Translations under genes and position numbers: made by a program | Notes under the pieces: model-generated | Databases searched by the model: none | What the model saw: only the letters and a program-made list of their open reading frames with translations | Told to the model about the DNA's origin: nothing | Source: Phallusia mammillata | Lineage: Eukaryota | Reading direction: 5' to 3' | NCBI GenBank assembly: GCA_965637545.1 | Contig: OZ281494.1 | Location: forward strand, 5,084,001 to 5,148,000 | DNA: 64,000 bases | Shown here: positions 49,790-62,800 of the stretch, piece by piece | Layout: each line of letters opens with the position of its first letter | How positions within the stretch are numbered: position 1 is the stretch's first letter

Positions 49790-52789
49790 ATGGAACATTG
49801 TTTGGGTAAGAATATATTGTACATCGACATTTAAAGTATGTTCTATTGTATTTTAGCTAATTTCTAATTATATCAAAACAGTTACACGAAGCATGAAGCA
49901 TGAAGTTTATAGCAACGAAAATAGGACTAGACTCGTGCATGTTTTGACGTGTTTTGGCATGTACAAAGGAATCGTTCCTTATACGGAAATCAAAGACACT
50001 GTGCTTCAGTTTGCAGTTATTCGGACGTCATTTATAGAAATGTATTAACTTGTTTATTGTAACACATTTAGGGGTTCTGTTACAAAATTTTCTAATTTTG
50101 CGTTGCGCTAATCTTGCTCTGATGAATAAATTGTTTAAGGCAATGAATATACTTTTTATTTTTTGGCAGACTTCGAAGAAGCAAATCTGGCTCCGCAATT
50201 GAGAAAGAATTGCAATATCAGAGGGGAAGAAATAAACATATTTGAAACTTCCAAAATTATTTCATCGCTGGGGGAAATCTACCATGAAAAGTTCAACAAA
50301 TACCATGACCTGAAAACTGCAAGATTTGATGCTTTACGAAGTGCTGCTTTGTATCAGGCTGCATTGGAGCGGTCTATAGAATGGCCAACTCTGTTTGACA
50401 CAACCAAATCAAAACTCATTTCTTTGTATGATTCTGTTTTTGGTGCAATTAACAGAAAAGACTATTCAAAGTTGTTTGCATCGATAGTAGAGAAATGTCG
50501 AAACCAGTTACAAACGATGAGAAAGCAACTAGAAGCGGAATTCAATCAAATTGAATACGCGTATCAAGACGAAACCAAAGACCACAAAGAAAATGAAATC
50601 GTGTTTCAAGGAAAAATGGAAGAATACCAAGATAGGGTGACTAAGTGTTTTACCGATTTTATGAGAAATGTTTTTAATGACTGTTCAAGCATTATGGGCG
50701 AACCCCCATGCTCATTTGCAGTGCTAGGATTGGGATCTCTTGCAAAACAAGAAGTAACTCCATACTCAGATTTCGAAAGTATTCTGGTGTTGCAAAATAA
50801 CTTCGAAGTTGACGATACAGTAATGAATTACTTTCGTAACTACGCAATGTTGGGTCAACTCGTGGTCATCGGACTGGGAGAAACGATTCTACCAGCAATG
50901 AGTGTGAAATCGCTGAATGATTTTGAGACGGAGGGTGGTGACTGGTTTGTTGATGTTGTAACAAGACGCGGACTTTCTTTCGACGGTCTTCTACCACACG
51001 CTTGCAAGAATCCATTGGGAAGATTGCCGACTGAAAACAAACCTTGGCACACAGAATTGATACAAACTGTGGATAATATGTTGAGGTTTGTTGACGAGGA
51101 AATAGAGTTGAAGGAAGGTTATCATCTGGCAGATATTATTTCTCATTCAGTATTTGTAGCTGGTGGCAACAAAGAAGGTCAACCATCTGGTGAAGAAGTG
51201 ACTTCAACTTTTCACAGTCTTGTAAGGCAGAGAACCGGAGAAAGAATCCAAAACCAAAAAAGAAAAACCAAAATTATTGACACTATTCTAAGCGATATTG
51301 CAGCATATAGTTTTCGAAATTTGAAACATGGGCAATCAGTTCATGTAAAAAAAGATCTGTACAGAGGAATTACCATATTGCTACCACAACTAGCAATGTT
51401 GGTTGGCATCAATCGAAAATCATCATATGACATTATTCAGAGTTTGTTAGAAAAACAAATAATTACCAGCGAATTTTGTATCGATCTTAAAATTGCGGTT
51501 TCCATTGCCAACTATGCTCGTGCAAAAACCTACTTTGACAAAGGGGCACAATGGGATGCATTAGCTGGTGGAAAATCGAATCCTGACCAGAAAGGAACCG
51601 ACGTTTTGAAAACTGTTTCCATTACCGGTTTGCAACGTTTGTTTTGTGTCGGAACTCAGTTGCAAGAATCTTTAACAAAATCGTTTGACAACAACTGTGA
51701 ACTCAAACCGTTAAACACAACCACTGTATGTTTCTCGCTCGGAAGTGTTTTGTTTCGTTTTGAGCAATACGATCAGGCGATTGACTGGTTTATAAAACGT
51801 TTGGAAGATATTTCAACGAACGAGAAGAAAGTCTCTTCAAGCGAAATCTCTAACATTCACCTTATGATAGGCAGATGTTACTATAGTCAGAATCATCATG
51901 AGGCTGCATCTGAACATTTTTATGAAGCCGAAGAAATTTGTCAAAAAGAAGATAGTTTGCAACGTGGGCATATCTTGCTTTTTCAGGCACTTAGCGAACG
52001 AAAACTTAGAGGCATGGACACAACACAAAGTTTGATGAAAATGGCTCAAAATTGCTTTCGTAGCTCACAACCTAAACCTTCAGACGTCTATACGATTGAG
52101 TCGTTTGTTGACACACTACAAGATTTGTGTAAAGACAATTCCGATTTAGTTCCAGAACTAATTGAAGTCATGGTGATTACGGGTGACCGCTTGTTAAATG
52201 AAAGCAACGCACCGTTTCTGGCAATCTCGCATTATCAGAATGCCTTGTACGAGATGGAGAAATATTACAAGGATGAAAGACATATGTTACTTAGTTATAT
52301 GTAAAAGAAGCCATAGCAGTTTGCGAAGGAAAGTTGAGTCATTATGATTCCGCGATTGATGGGTGGATGGAGTTTATTGAACGAAGCAAAAATATGCTGA
52401 AGCAGAATGCTTTTGAAATCTCATTTAAGCCAGGTTACAGCCCAATCGAATCACTGCTGCGACATTCACCCGATATGAAACAAGCATTTTGTGGCAATAA
52501 AAATCTTAGTCATGCAACTGTAATTTGTTGCAAACTTGTCAAGATTGTAGATGCTTGGTTGCATCGTGATTCCTCTAACAAACTCCTTCGATTCAGTGCA
52601 AAGATGAACGACGTGCTTGGTGAACTTTACGAACGAGACAAGAATTACAATCTTGCGATTCAGCATTACGAAGTGACGAAGTCGATTTTTAACATTCTGT
52701 ATCCAAACTCGACATATGCAAAGGACAAAAAAATAACTCACATGGAATGTTCTGCGTCTTCCATAAGCGACAAAATGCAGGACACTTGA
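49790..52789 (+). pseudogene. NTase-TPR paralogue copy 5 (1-nt frameshift, 3' half absent)
   Basis: Exon 1 at 49790-49805 (ATG GAA CAT TGT TTG G|GTAAG); exon 2 from 50170. Motif GLGSLAKQEVTPYSDFE. 1-nt deletion near 52293 (CTT AG TTA TAT). Homology fades near 52730 and exons 3-4 were not found before the next gene. Confidence 0.85.
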
Positions 52790-54192
52790 AAAAAAAACTT
52801 TGACTAGAAAATCTTAATATAAGGCTCAAACCGGGTAATGAGGCAATCATCTTTCTTTTTGTTCGTATCATTCGCACTGTTCTTGGCATTGTATTTTTGA
52901 TTTAGTTTTTGTTAAACATTAGTAGACGATTTATAAATAAGCTTAAATGAACACATCTTTGCTTTCGAGTAAAAGCATGAAGTTATTGCAAATTTTCAAA
53001 ATGTCTTGAGAAAGCAGCTGACGTATGATGTTTAACAAATATCACTTGTAAAAATCAGAATGAGAAACAATGTATACAACTGGTGTTCTGAAAAGGAACT
53101 AGAAATTGGGTGATTCCAATCTGACACAGTAGCGCTTCAGTAACTAAAGTGGGCTATGACTAGGAAAAAATATTTTTCAAGTGTAGGTATTTGCATTGTC
53201 ACCTACATATTTGCATTCGATTTTAGGAACACTATTATTTATCCATTTTTTTAATCGGTTTTGTGTCTATGACTTTTAGTAGACAACAAAATGCCCAAGT
53301 TGGCATTTTTCATTGCTTTAATTTAATTCAAATTTATTCCATGTCTCACAAACTGTGTGTATTATATTATAAATCACGAGTCACCAGAGACTCAGTAAGT
53401 TTTTAGTCATGTCTTACAATGCATTATTCATATACCTTAAACAAAAAAAAAATATCATTACAACAAAAACTTTTAAAAAAAAGGCTGTTTGTTTGCAAAC
53501 ATGCTGCAGCTATAACCTGTAACCGATTCGAAAAGAGGACTAGTTATTTACTTACTTTGAAGTCAACCTACGCAAAGAAGTTTTGCACTCTTTGCAGCGA
53601 CAGTAGAATTATACAACTTTTTATATGCCTGAGAAGGTCTGTGCAAATATTTGACCGGCATTGAGCAAATAATGGAAGCCATGAAATCAATAGTGGTTTG
53701 GGTCACATGCTGTTTGCCGATTTCTTGTGCAGACATGTTTGTGGCTGCTCTGTTAGCATAAAAAATAAAAGTGATTCAGAAAAGGTCAGAAAAGGTTTTT
53801 GCCTAACAGTGACATAGATTTGTTTATACTGAACTTATGTGAAGCCCATCATATTGTGTGGTAGGTAAAGTCAAAAAGTTAAACAGCAAAACTACAAGTT
53901 CTATCAATAAAATCACATTTTGTTTAAAATTGCAACAGTTGAACAAAACTATTAGTAAAAGAACTAACTTAATTGTATTCACATAATAGAAAGGGTTTTA
54001 AATGCAGACGAGCATGTTGGATCAAAACGTACATACATAACTAAGTAAATAGCTTCTAAACTTGTCAGCAGTCAGGCTATCAGCTAGTGGTAAAACACTA
54101 TTAGCTCGGGTTAAATATATTGTAAAATCATAAACGCTATTGCTATTAAGGTTCCAAACATCATTTCCGAGCAAGACAGTAAGGTGTTGACA

Positions 54193-57100
54193 ATGAAATC
54201 TAGGATTATAATTTCGTCTGTGGTAATCGCTGTACTTGGTGTCGGTATCGGTGTTATAATCGGTTACTTCAGTCATCCAGCTGAAAGAGCGCCATCTGTC
54301 GGCTGTCAGCAACCGGAGGAAGATGCTTCGATCCAGACGAGACTCATGGATGAAATGAAGAGCGAAAACATTATGAATAACCTGGAGTAAGTACTAGACA
54401 AAAGAATAATTGCGCAGAAAACATCTTGGTACTTAAAACAAGCATGATCAACGTAACATAAAAAAATTGGCAAGCATAACTATGTTTCTTATAGAACTCT
54501 GACGAAACGGCCTCACATTGCTGGTCGTGACGTAGATGAAGTGGATCTGGTGAATTTAATCAAATCCAGATGGGAGGAAGATGGAATGGACTCGGTTCAA
54601 GTACCCGAATACGACGTCCTTCTTTCCTACCCGAAACAGGGTGATTCCAACTACGTCGCCGTGTTGCTTAGCAACGGAACTGAAACCGATATTTCGCAAC
54701 GCAAAGAACTTGTCCTGGATCCTGAACAAAATAACCCGGATGTTGTTGATCCATTTAACGCATACTCGGCAGCAGGACAGCCAGAGGTTAGTCTAATTTC
54801 AAAAACGCATTAGCTTGTTAAAACAAATCCCGGGGAGTAAATGCTGTCATAATAAACGGATTAACTTAGTAAAGCTGCTAATTCAAGTCTCTTTTCAGGA
54901 TGATTTGGTTTACGTAAACTTTGCAACGATTGAGGACTTTATGAACTTAAATCGAACCCTCAACATTGACACAAGAGGAAAGGTTTGTATAGCAAGATAT
55001 GGAAGAATATTTCGTGGTGACAAAGGTACTGATTAAACATATTTCCCGTTCAAACAACTAAAGATTTTTCTATCACAGCCGAACACGCACAAGAATACGG
55101 CTGCATTGGTCTCATCTTATATTCGGATCCTGCTGACTACTCAGTTCCTTGGGCTGGAGTTTACCCCGATGACTGGTACTTACCTGGGACTGGGGCTCAA
55201 CGTGGGACCTTGTGGGTAGACAATGGAGACCCCCAGACCCCAAATTACCCTTCAATATGTGAGTGCAGAATCAGCTCAATCAGTTTTACTACTTTTACGA
55301 GTAAATTCACCAACACTTTATTGCGCTTTTATGACCATCAAATTTTATTTATTATTTAACGTCTGTTGTGCTCTGTGTGTCGTTTAAATTTTAAACAAAC
55401 TATAAATGTTTGGATCAATTGGTAACAGCGTAAACATGTTTTAAACCACTTTGTAGCATTCAAACGCGCTCCAATCTTTGTGGTCAAGTTTTTGAAACAA
55501 AGATTCAACGGATTTTTTTAACGTTTTAGCAACTGCTTGGCGAAAACCAATTAATCAAATCCGCCTTCCGAAAATCCCGGTAACTCCGATCGGTTACGAT
55601 GATGCGGTGAAGTATTTGTCGAAACTGGATGGAGATGAAGTGGAGGAACCGTGGAGAGGAGGACTCAACATCACTTACAGATATGGACCCGGATTTGCTG
55701 CTCCGCATGAAAACAGGTTATGGCATTTACAGTGTTATAAACGGGTTAGTTAAAGTCGTTGTGTTATGTTATTGAATCAAAAAAACAGTTTTAAACTGAA
55801 TGCTATCATCTAAACCTGTTGCAAACCCAATGTTCTTCTTTTAAATCAACACAAACAAGCACATTTTTCCAATGAATGTGTTTTTGCAGCAAGATGAAGA
55901 TGTCTGTGAAAACTGAAAACGAAGTGGCCAAGACGCATAACGTTATCGGATACATTCGTGGAAGCTACGAACCTGGTATTTAACCAAGTAGTTAGTACAT
56001 GTATTTCTGTTTTACATAAAAGTACTTTACCTATTGACGCAGATCGTTACGTGATCTTCGGTAACCATAGAGACGCGTGGGTTTTCGGAGCAATTGATCC
56101 CTCCAGTGGAACAGCAGTGATGTTGGAGATGACAAGAGCTTTCGGGAAGATGTTGAAGGAAGGATGGAGACCGAGAAGAACTCTGGTGTTTTGTAGTTGG
56201 GGAGCTGAAGAGTATGGATTGATTGGATCAACTGAATGGGTCGAAGTGAGCTTGGTGTATATAATACCAATGTGTGCAGCTAAAACAGGAAAAGCATGCT
56301 CATGTTTCACGCTGCGGTAATATACAACGAGGTATTCTACTTCTAGACCAGGGGTTCTTAACCTGGGGTGCTCGCACCCCCAAGGGGTGCGAGAACTGTT
56401 CCTAGGGGGTGCGGGGGTGCTGAATCATTAAGGTTGGTTAGGTCTATTCTATTTAAGCCATTACAGAAGGGGGAGCGAAAATTGGTTAGTGATTTGAAAG
56501 GGGGTGCGAAAATTGGTTAGTGATTTGAAAGGGGTGCAGCAAGGAAAAAAAGTTAAGAACCACTGTTCTAGACTTTAAAACAAAAGATAGTAAGCTTATA
56601 CCTCCTCGTGTCGATGCATGAAGGCATGAGACAAATAAGCGCAAAATGTAACAAGTATGTCTTGCCTTGATGTCATATTATGGGAATAAAACGTTAAAAT
56701 TCGTAAAAATCGTTCGTTAGTAGAACGTTAGCCTCTGATAGGCTTATGTGGGCTCGAATGATGCAGCAAGCTGGATTTTTGGCCTTTGCTTTTGTCGCAT
56801 TCGAGGCCTTGGAAGACAGGCTTGTATTGGTACAACGCCTCTAACGGGTCTAGCGTACTCTGATCGTTCAAAACTCTAATCGTACTATTTGTCAACTAAG
56901 TTTGTAACATACAGAAAATCATTTTTGCAGGAGATGCAGAAAGAACTTCAAGCCCGGGCAATTACGTACATCAACGTAGACATTGCTGTGCAAGGAAACT
57001 TTTCATTCAGAGCCGGGGGTGTTGCCAGTTTAGGAAAGCTCATTTTTGATGTGGCTAAAGTCGTTCCCAACCCGGATGAGGCGGAAACTGCAGCTGGAAG

Positions 57101-58587
57101 AAACATGGTTTACGATACCTGGGTTGATCGGATACCAAATCAAGAAGGAACAAATCCAAGGTCCGGTTTATTCTGTAGATAACAATCAATATTTGATCAC
57201 ATTTTAAGCATTTTATGCTAACTGAAGTATTCATTTCAATTCTGAACTGTATTGTATGAAGCTAATTTCGCTCAAGATCTAAAAAACACAGGTGATAACA
57301 TGTTTTGGTCTCGTTTCCGTTTGTGTAGTTTCGGATCACTGGGCTCGGGAAGCGACTACGCAACGTTTCTCCAAGCTATAGGAATCTCTTCTGTTGATAT
57401 GCGCTACACATACGACACGGTACAGTCATTATTTGTTTTGAACAATAAAACATCGTAAAAGTTTAGTAGTAAATAAAATTGCAACAAAACTCATTTGGGC
57501 CAACCAGAATGTAACATGCTTCATGTTTCAATTTATATTTTGTAACGCATAAAACAGTTTTTTTTAAACAACAAACAAATATCAATTGAATTTGTTGTCG
57601 ACAGAGCATCGGTCTAGCATCCTACCCTGTCTACCACTCGGTGTACGAAACATTTAGCCTTGTTACAAATTACGTCGATCCTGATTACTCCTGCCACCTA
57701 GCGACAGCGCGGATGTGGGGCGAAGTTGGAAGACGCTTGGCTGAATCAACCATTTTACCAATTGATGCAACCTTATATGCTACAGACCTCAAAGAAAAAT
57801 TTGATTCTTTGAATGCGTTTTACGGTGCATCAATGCAGAATCAAGGCATTGATTTAGGTGGGAGTACAGTTGAATGTAAATTAAAGTTTGTTTGTTTTTT
57901 GCCAGTTGCTCATTTATTTTTGCTTTTAATTAACTAAATTGATTCATATTGCCTCAATCGTGTTGAAATTAACTTTTGTAAAAACTTTTGTACGTGCTTT
58001 TTTGCAATGTTTACTTTAACAAGAGCCAACATATTGCTCCATACTGTGTGCCAGTATACGTGAGCAGTTTCTAATATTTTAACAGGTCAGTTGGAAAACG
58101 CCATTGTTCAATTCACTTCATCAGCAATTGAATTACACACAAGAATCGATAACATTGATAAAACAGAGTAAGCTAGAACTGTAACAATTTCTGTTTTAAC
58201 ATTTTACACTGCATTTAATTTTCAGCCCTTCAGCGGTGAGAGTAGTAAACGATCAACTGATGCAACTGGAAAGAGCTTTTATTGATCAGAATCCATTACC
58301 TGGACGAACTGCTTACAGGTGAAACTTTAATCTTCCAAAACACACAACCTCAACTTATATGGTACACATGACTGTAATATTATGTAATGCATTTTAGACA
58401 TGTTATATCAGCTCCCAGTCAACACAACACTTACGGTAACACAGCTTTTCCTGGAATCGTGGACGCCATGTTTGATATTGACGATGGTGACACAGAAGCA
58501 TGGGATGAAGTGAAAAGACAATATTCGATCGTTGTGTTTCATGTCCTTTCTGCTGCTGCAACTCTTAAACCAGTTGTACCGGTGTAG
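54193..58587 (+). CDS. FOLH1/NAALAD2-like: Glutamate carboxypeptidase II / NAALADase-like M28B metallopeptidase, copy A (13 predicted exons, intact)
   Basis: N-terminal type II TM anchor; motifs [84 protein letters not shown] and FPGIVDA. Splice phases are consistent across all introns. Exact orthology not determinable. Confidence 0.93.
56349..56565. mobile_element. hAT MITE in intron 7 of GCPII copy A (absent from copy B)
   Basis: TIRs CAGGGGTTCTTAAC / GTTAAGAACCACTG; perfect TSD TTCTAGAC; internal ~31-bp duplication. Confidence 0.93.
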
Positions 58588-59897
58588 AAATTTTATACAG
58601 TAGATTATTGTTATACAGTAGATTAATTAGCATTTGTATTAGGGCCCTAATTACGTTTAAAGGCACTTTGCGCTTTTCAAAAACGAAAAGACTATTCTTC
58701 ATAATTTCGCAATGGCAAAGAAGAAAACTTATTTATATTTAAATGACAAAGAATTGTAAGTGAGTATATGTCAGAATATTCTTTGTGCCATATGCAATCA
58801 TCTTAGTCATGTTGTTACTATATGTGTATGATGTTGGCCAATGCTTTTTGTGTGGGCGCATCATCGCTGTGTCATTGATGTTTAATGAAACCATAAAGCA
58901 ATCTTCTTTCAAAAAAAACGGTTAAAGTTTAAAAGCATTCGTAGAAAACATGGAGAGAGGCAAGAAAATAAACTGGAAGCACAAGTGTAAAAGAAGCTTG
59001 CCAAACTTGGCATTTCAACTTCAGTCAGAGTGTAGCAAAAATAAACAGAGGTAGGAACGAGGCTAATTCTGGATTGAAAATTCTGGATCGAAGAAACAGA
59101 AGTGAACCTTACTTGCTCCCAGCGCGAAAACTTGAATACACAACGAGAATCGTGAGCGTACAGAAGACTGCCTGCCTAAACAACATCAACGGAATTGCTT
59201 GGATTTATTTTATAATGCCACAACTTAAACGGGCTTTTTTGTTTGCTTTAAAACCAGCGCACATACGTTTGCACATGCGAGCTTAGCAAATATTTGACGG
59301 ACATTTAAAGTGAGGTGAAAATGGGGTATGTCAGGTGCAGTGTCACATGTTTTTGCAGACTCAGTAAAGTGATATGCATGTGCAAGCACTGCAACGAGAC
59401 AAAGAGTGCTGCGAAATGCCCTATGTCCATTTTGCTGAACAGTTAGTCAACATCAGGTATTGTGAGAAAAATAAATGAAATAAAGAGCTTTCGACGGGAA
59501 AAAATACAATTACCATAAGCGACGAGTAACAAAATGTGATGTAATGTATTTTATAGCTATTACATTAATACAAGCTACTTACATGAGTCGGTTGCAGGGT
59601 GTGAATTTGAATGTTAGATTTGGTGTTATTAATAGCCACTAGTTTTACCTTTCAGCTGCCATGCAGTTGTACCTCAAAAGATATGGAATTTCATCACAAA
59701 GACTGTTAGTTTTTTTATTAATAACTGCACTAATCCAACCATTTTTATTTTAACATTTAAATTATTTGCAGCACTGTCAGAAAATTTGCCCAAAATTTTA
59801 AACCCCGCGATCAACAGAGCAACATTGTAGTTATAAAGCTTGAACAGTTCATTGCATTCCTGCAGCAGACAGTGAAAATTATTAAGTAGCATTGACA

Positions 59898-62800
59898 ATG
59901 AAATCTCGGGTCATTATTTCATCTCTGGTAATCGCTGTACTTGGTATCGGTATCGGTGTTATTATCGGTTACTTCAGTCATCCAGCTGAAAGAGCGCCAT
60001 CTGTCGGCTGTCAGCAACCGGAGGAAGATGTTTCGATCCAGAAGAGACTCATGGATGAGATGAAGAGAGAAAACATCAAGAATAACCTGGAGTAAGGGTT
60101 TGATTAAAACGAAAACTACTTTCAATACCTTTATCTTCTTAGTAAGCACTTTTAAAAGAGCAAATGTATTTTGTTGCAGAATTCTGACGAAACGACCGCA
60201 CATCGCTGGTCGTAACGTAGATGAAGTGGATCTGGTGAATTTGATCAAATCCAGATGGCAAGAATATGGAATGGATTCGGTTCAAGTACCCGAATACGAC
60301 GTCCTTTTATCCTATCCGAAACAAAACGATTCCAACTACGTCGCCGTGTTGCTTAGCGACGGAACCGAAACCGATATTTCACAACGCAAAGAACTTGTTC
60401 TGGATCATGAACAAAACGACCCGGATGTTGTTGATCCTTTTAACGCATACTCGGCAGCAGGACATCCAGAGGTTAGACGTAAAATTTTTTGGGGGGTTTT
60501 AAAAACTTAATTTAATTGCCATAGTTACTAACTTTTGTTCTACAAACGAAGAATGATTAAGTTTACGTAAACTTCGGAACCATTGAAGACTTTATGAACT
60601 TAAATCGAACACTGAAAATTGACACTAGAGGAAAGATTTGCATCGCTAGATATGGAAGAATATTTCGTGGTGACAAAGGTAATTATCCGTTATGCGTATA
60701 TTTCCAACACACTTATCTTTATCTCATAGTAATCTTTATCCCACAGCCAAACTTGCACAAGAATACGGATGCGTTGGTCTCATCTTATATTCTGATCCTG
60801 CTGACTACGCAGTTCCATGGGCGGGGGTTTACCCCGATGACTGGTACTTACCCGGGACTGGGGCTCAACGTGGAACCTTGTGGGTGGATGATGGTGATCC
60901 CCAGACCCCAAACTACCCATCAATAGGTATGTGAGAAAATAATCGTGTAATGATATCTTAACGATAAAATAGCAAAATTCACAAGTTGACAAACACGTGA
61001 TAAGCTACAGACAGTGCACACAGTTTTGACCTATGAGGTCTTACCAGTGCGGCTGGTGACGCGACATCGGCCGTATGAGCTAATATGGCCAGCTTACGGC
61101 ACGCATGTTCAAAAATACACTTGTATGAAAATAATAAAAGATTAACTTTTGATGAGCGTTTGGCAAAAATCAATCTCTTTTATTGTGTGAGCGATGAACA
61201 AAATGAAACGCTTGTTCTGTCCACTTTAACAGGAAAATCGACAAAATATTTTACTGTACTTCGGGGACAATCAAATTTGTCAATCATTCACAGTCATTGT
61301 TTACAGTTAAGTTCGATAAAATTTATGGCTGTGCAACCATGCAAGTTTTGTGTGAATGTAATTTAATATCGATTTAAACACAACCAAAGTGTATGGTGCA
61401 AAAAGTTTCTAAAATAAAACGACTGCAAATGTATGTCCAAGGAAAAGCTGTTTTTACGATTTCAAATGTATCAAAAAACAGGTAAATAAATTTTCAGCAA
61501 GTGCTTGGCGAAAACCGATTGATCAAATTTATCTCCCGAAAATTCCGGTAACCCCGATCGGTTACGATGATGCGGTGAAGTGTTTGTCGAAACTTGATGG
61601 AGATGAAGTGGAGGAATTGTGGAGGGGAGGACTCAACATCACTTACAGATATGGACCCGGATTTGCTGCTCCGCATCAAAGCAGGTACTTTTAGCAACAA
61701 CCGAAAAATAAAATAATTAATTATTATTATTACCTGTTCGTTTTTTTTAGTCGAATATTATAAACATTTTTTGTGCTACTTTTCAAAAAATTTTGACTTC
61801 GTGTTTTGAAACATTTTTTTTATTTGAAACGATTTGTCGCAGCAAGACGAAGATGTCGGTGAACACTGCGAACGAAGTGGCCAAAACCCATAACGTAATC
61901 GCATACATTCGTGGAAGCTACGAACCTGGTATTTAACAAAGTTCCCACGTTTTGCGAATGTTTATGCAGAAAGTAAAATAACCTCAACTTAAAATACAGA
62001 CAGGTACGTGATCTTCGGTAATCATAGAGATGCGTGGGTTTTCGGAGCAATTGATCCCTCCAGTGGAACAGCAGTGATGTTGGAGATGACACGAGCTTTC
62101 GGGAAGATGTTGAAGGAAGGATGGAGACCAAGAAGAACTCTGGTGTTTTGTAGTTGGGGAGCTGAAGAGTATGGACTGATTGGATCAACTGAATGGGTCG
62201 AGGTGAGACAAAAACTCTCAATTTTGTGTCAATGCCTTCAATAAAAATCGGAGCTTCTTGTAACCAAAACCTTTTTTAAATCATATTTAGTTACTCGAAC
62301 ACGACAAAATTCCTAGTTATTTTGTTTGCACTAAGATTTGAAATTAGATGCATGTAAAGTAATTTTTACAGTCTTTTCTGCTTTTATGAAGGAGATGCAG
62401 AAGGTGCTACAAGCACGAGCAATCACATACATCAACGTGGACATTGCCGTAGTTGGAAACTTCTCCCTCCGGGCATCGGGTGTTGCCAGTTTACGTAATC
62501 TCATCTTTGACGCGGCGAAAGTCGTTCCCAACCCGGATGAGGCAGAGATTGCGGCCGGTCGAAACACCGTTTACGATACCTGGGTTGACCGGGTCCCAAA
62601 TCAAGACGGAACACACCCAAGGTCAAACCATGTTAAAATTCATGGGCGTACCATGTAGATTTAAACTGTTAAAAAAATCCACTACTACCAACACGTTTTT
62701 AACAAGTTGTTGTAACACTCATTGTACGCTGTGACATTTCGAAACAAGCCTGTTTGAATATTGCAAACTGTTTAGTATGCTTGGAAAAATACATACACTC

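Noticed and set aside
10298-52304. Calling the NTase cGAS/Mab-21/OAS-like or a poly(A) polymerase
   Set aside because: Motif spacing and the downstream helical domain fit GlnD/GlnE/DUF294-type enzymes better; no Mab-21 or OAS C-terminal features recognised. A profile search is needed to settle it.
1-52789. Bacterial contamination or endosymbiont contig as the source of the long ORFs
   Set aside because: Conserved spliceosomal introns with consistent phases in four copies, interleaved with eukaryotic TEs and an intron-rich GCPII gene.
995-62567. Numerous 60-150 aa ORFs antisense or out of frame to the real genes
   Set aside because: Shadows of the coding exons; they recur only because the underlying genes are paralogous.
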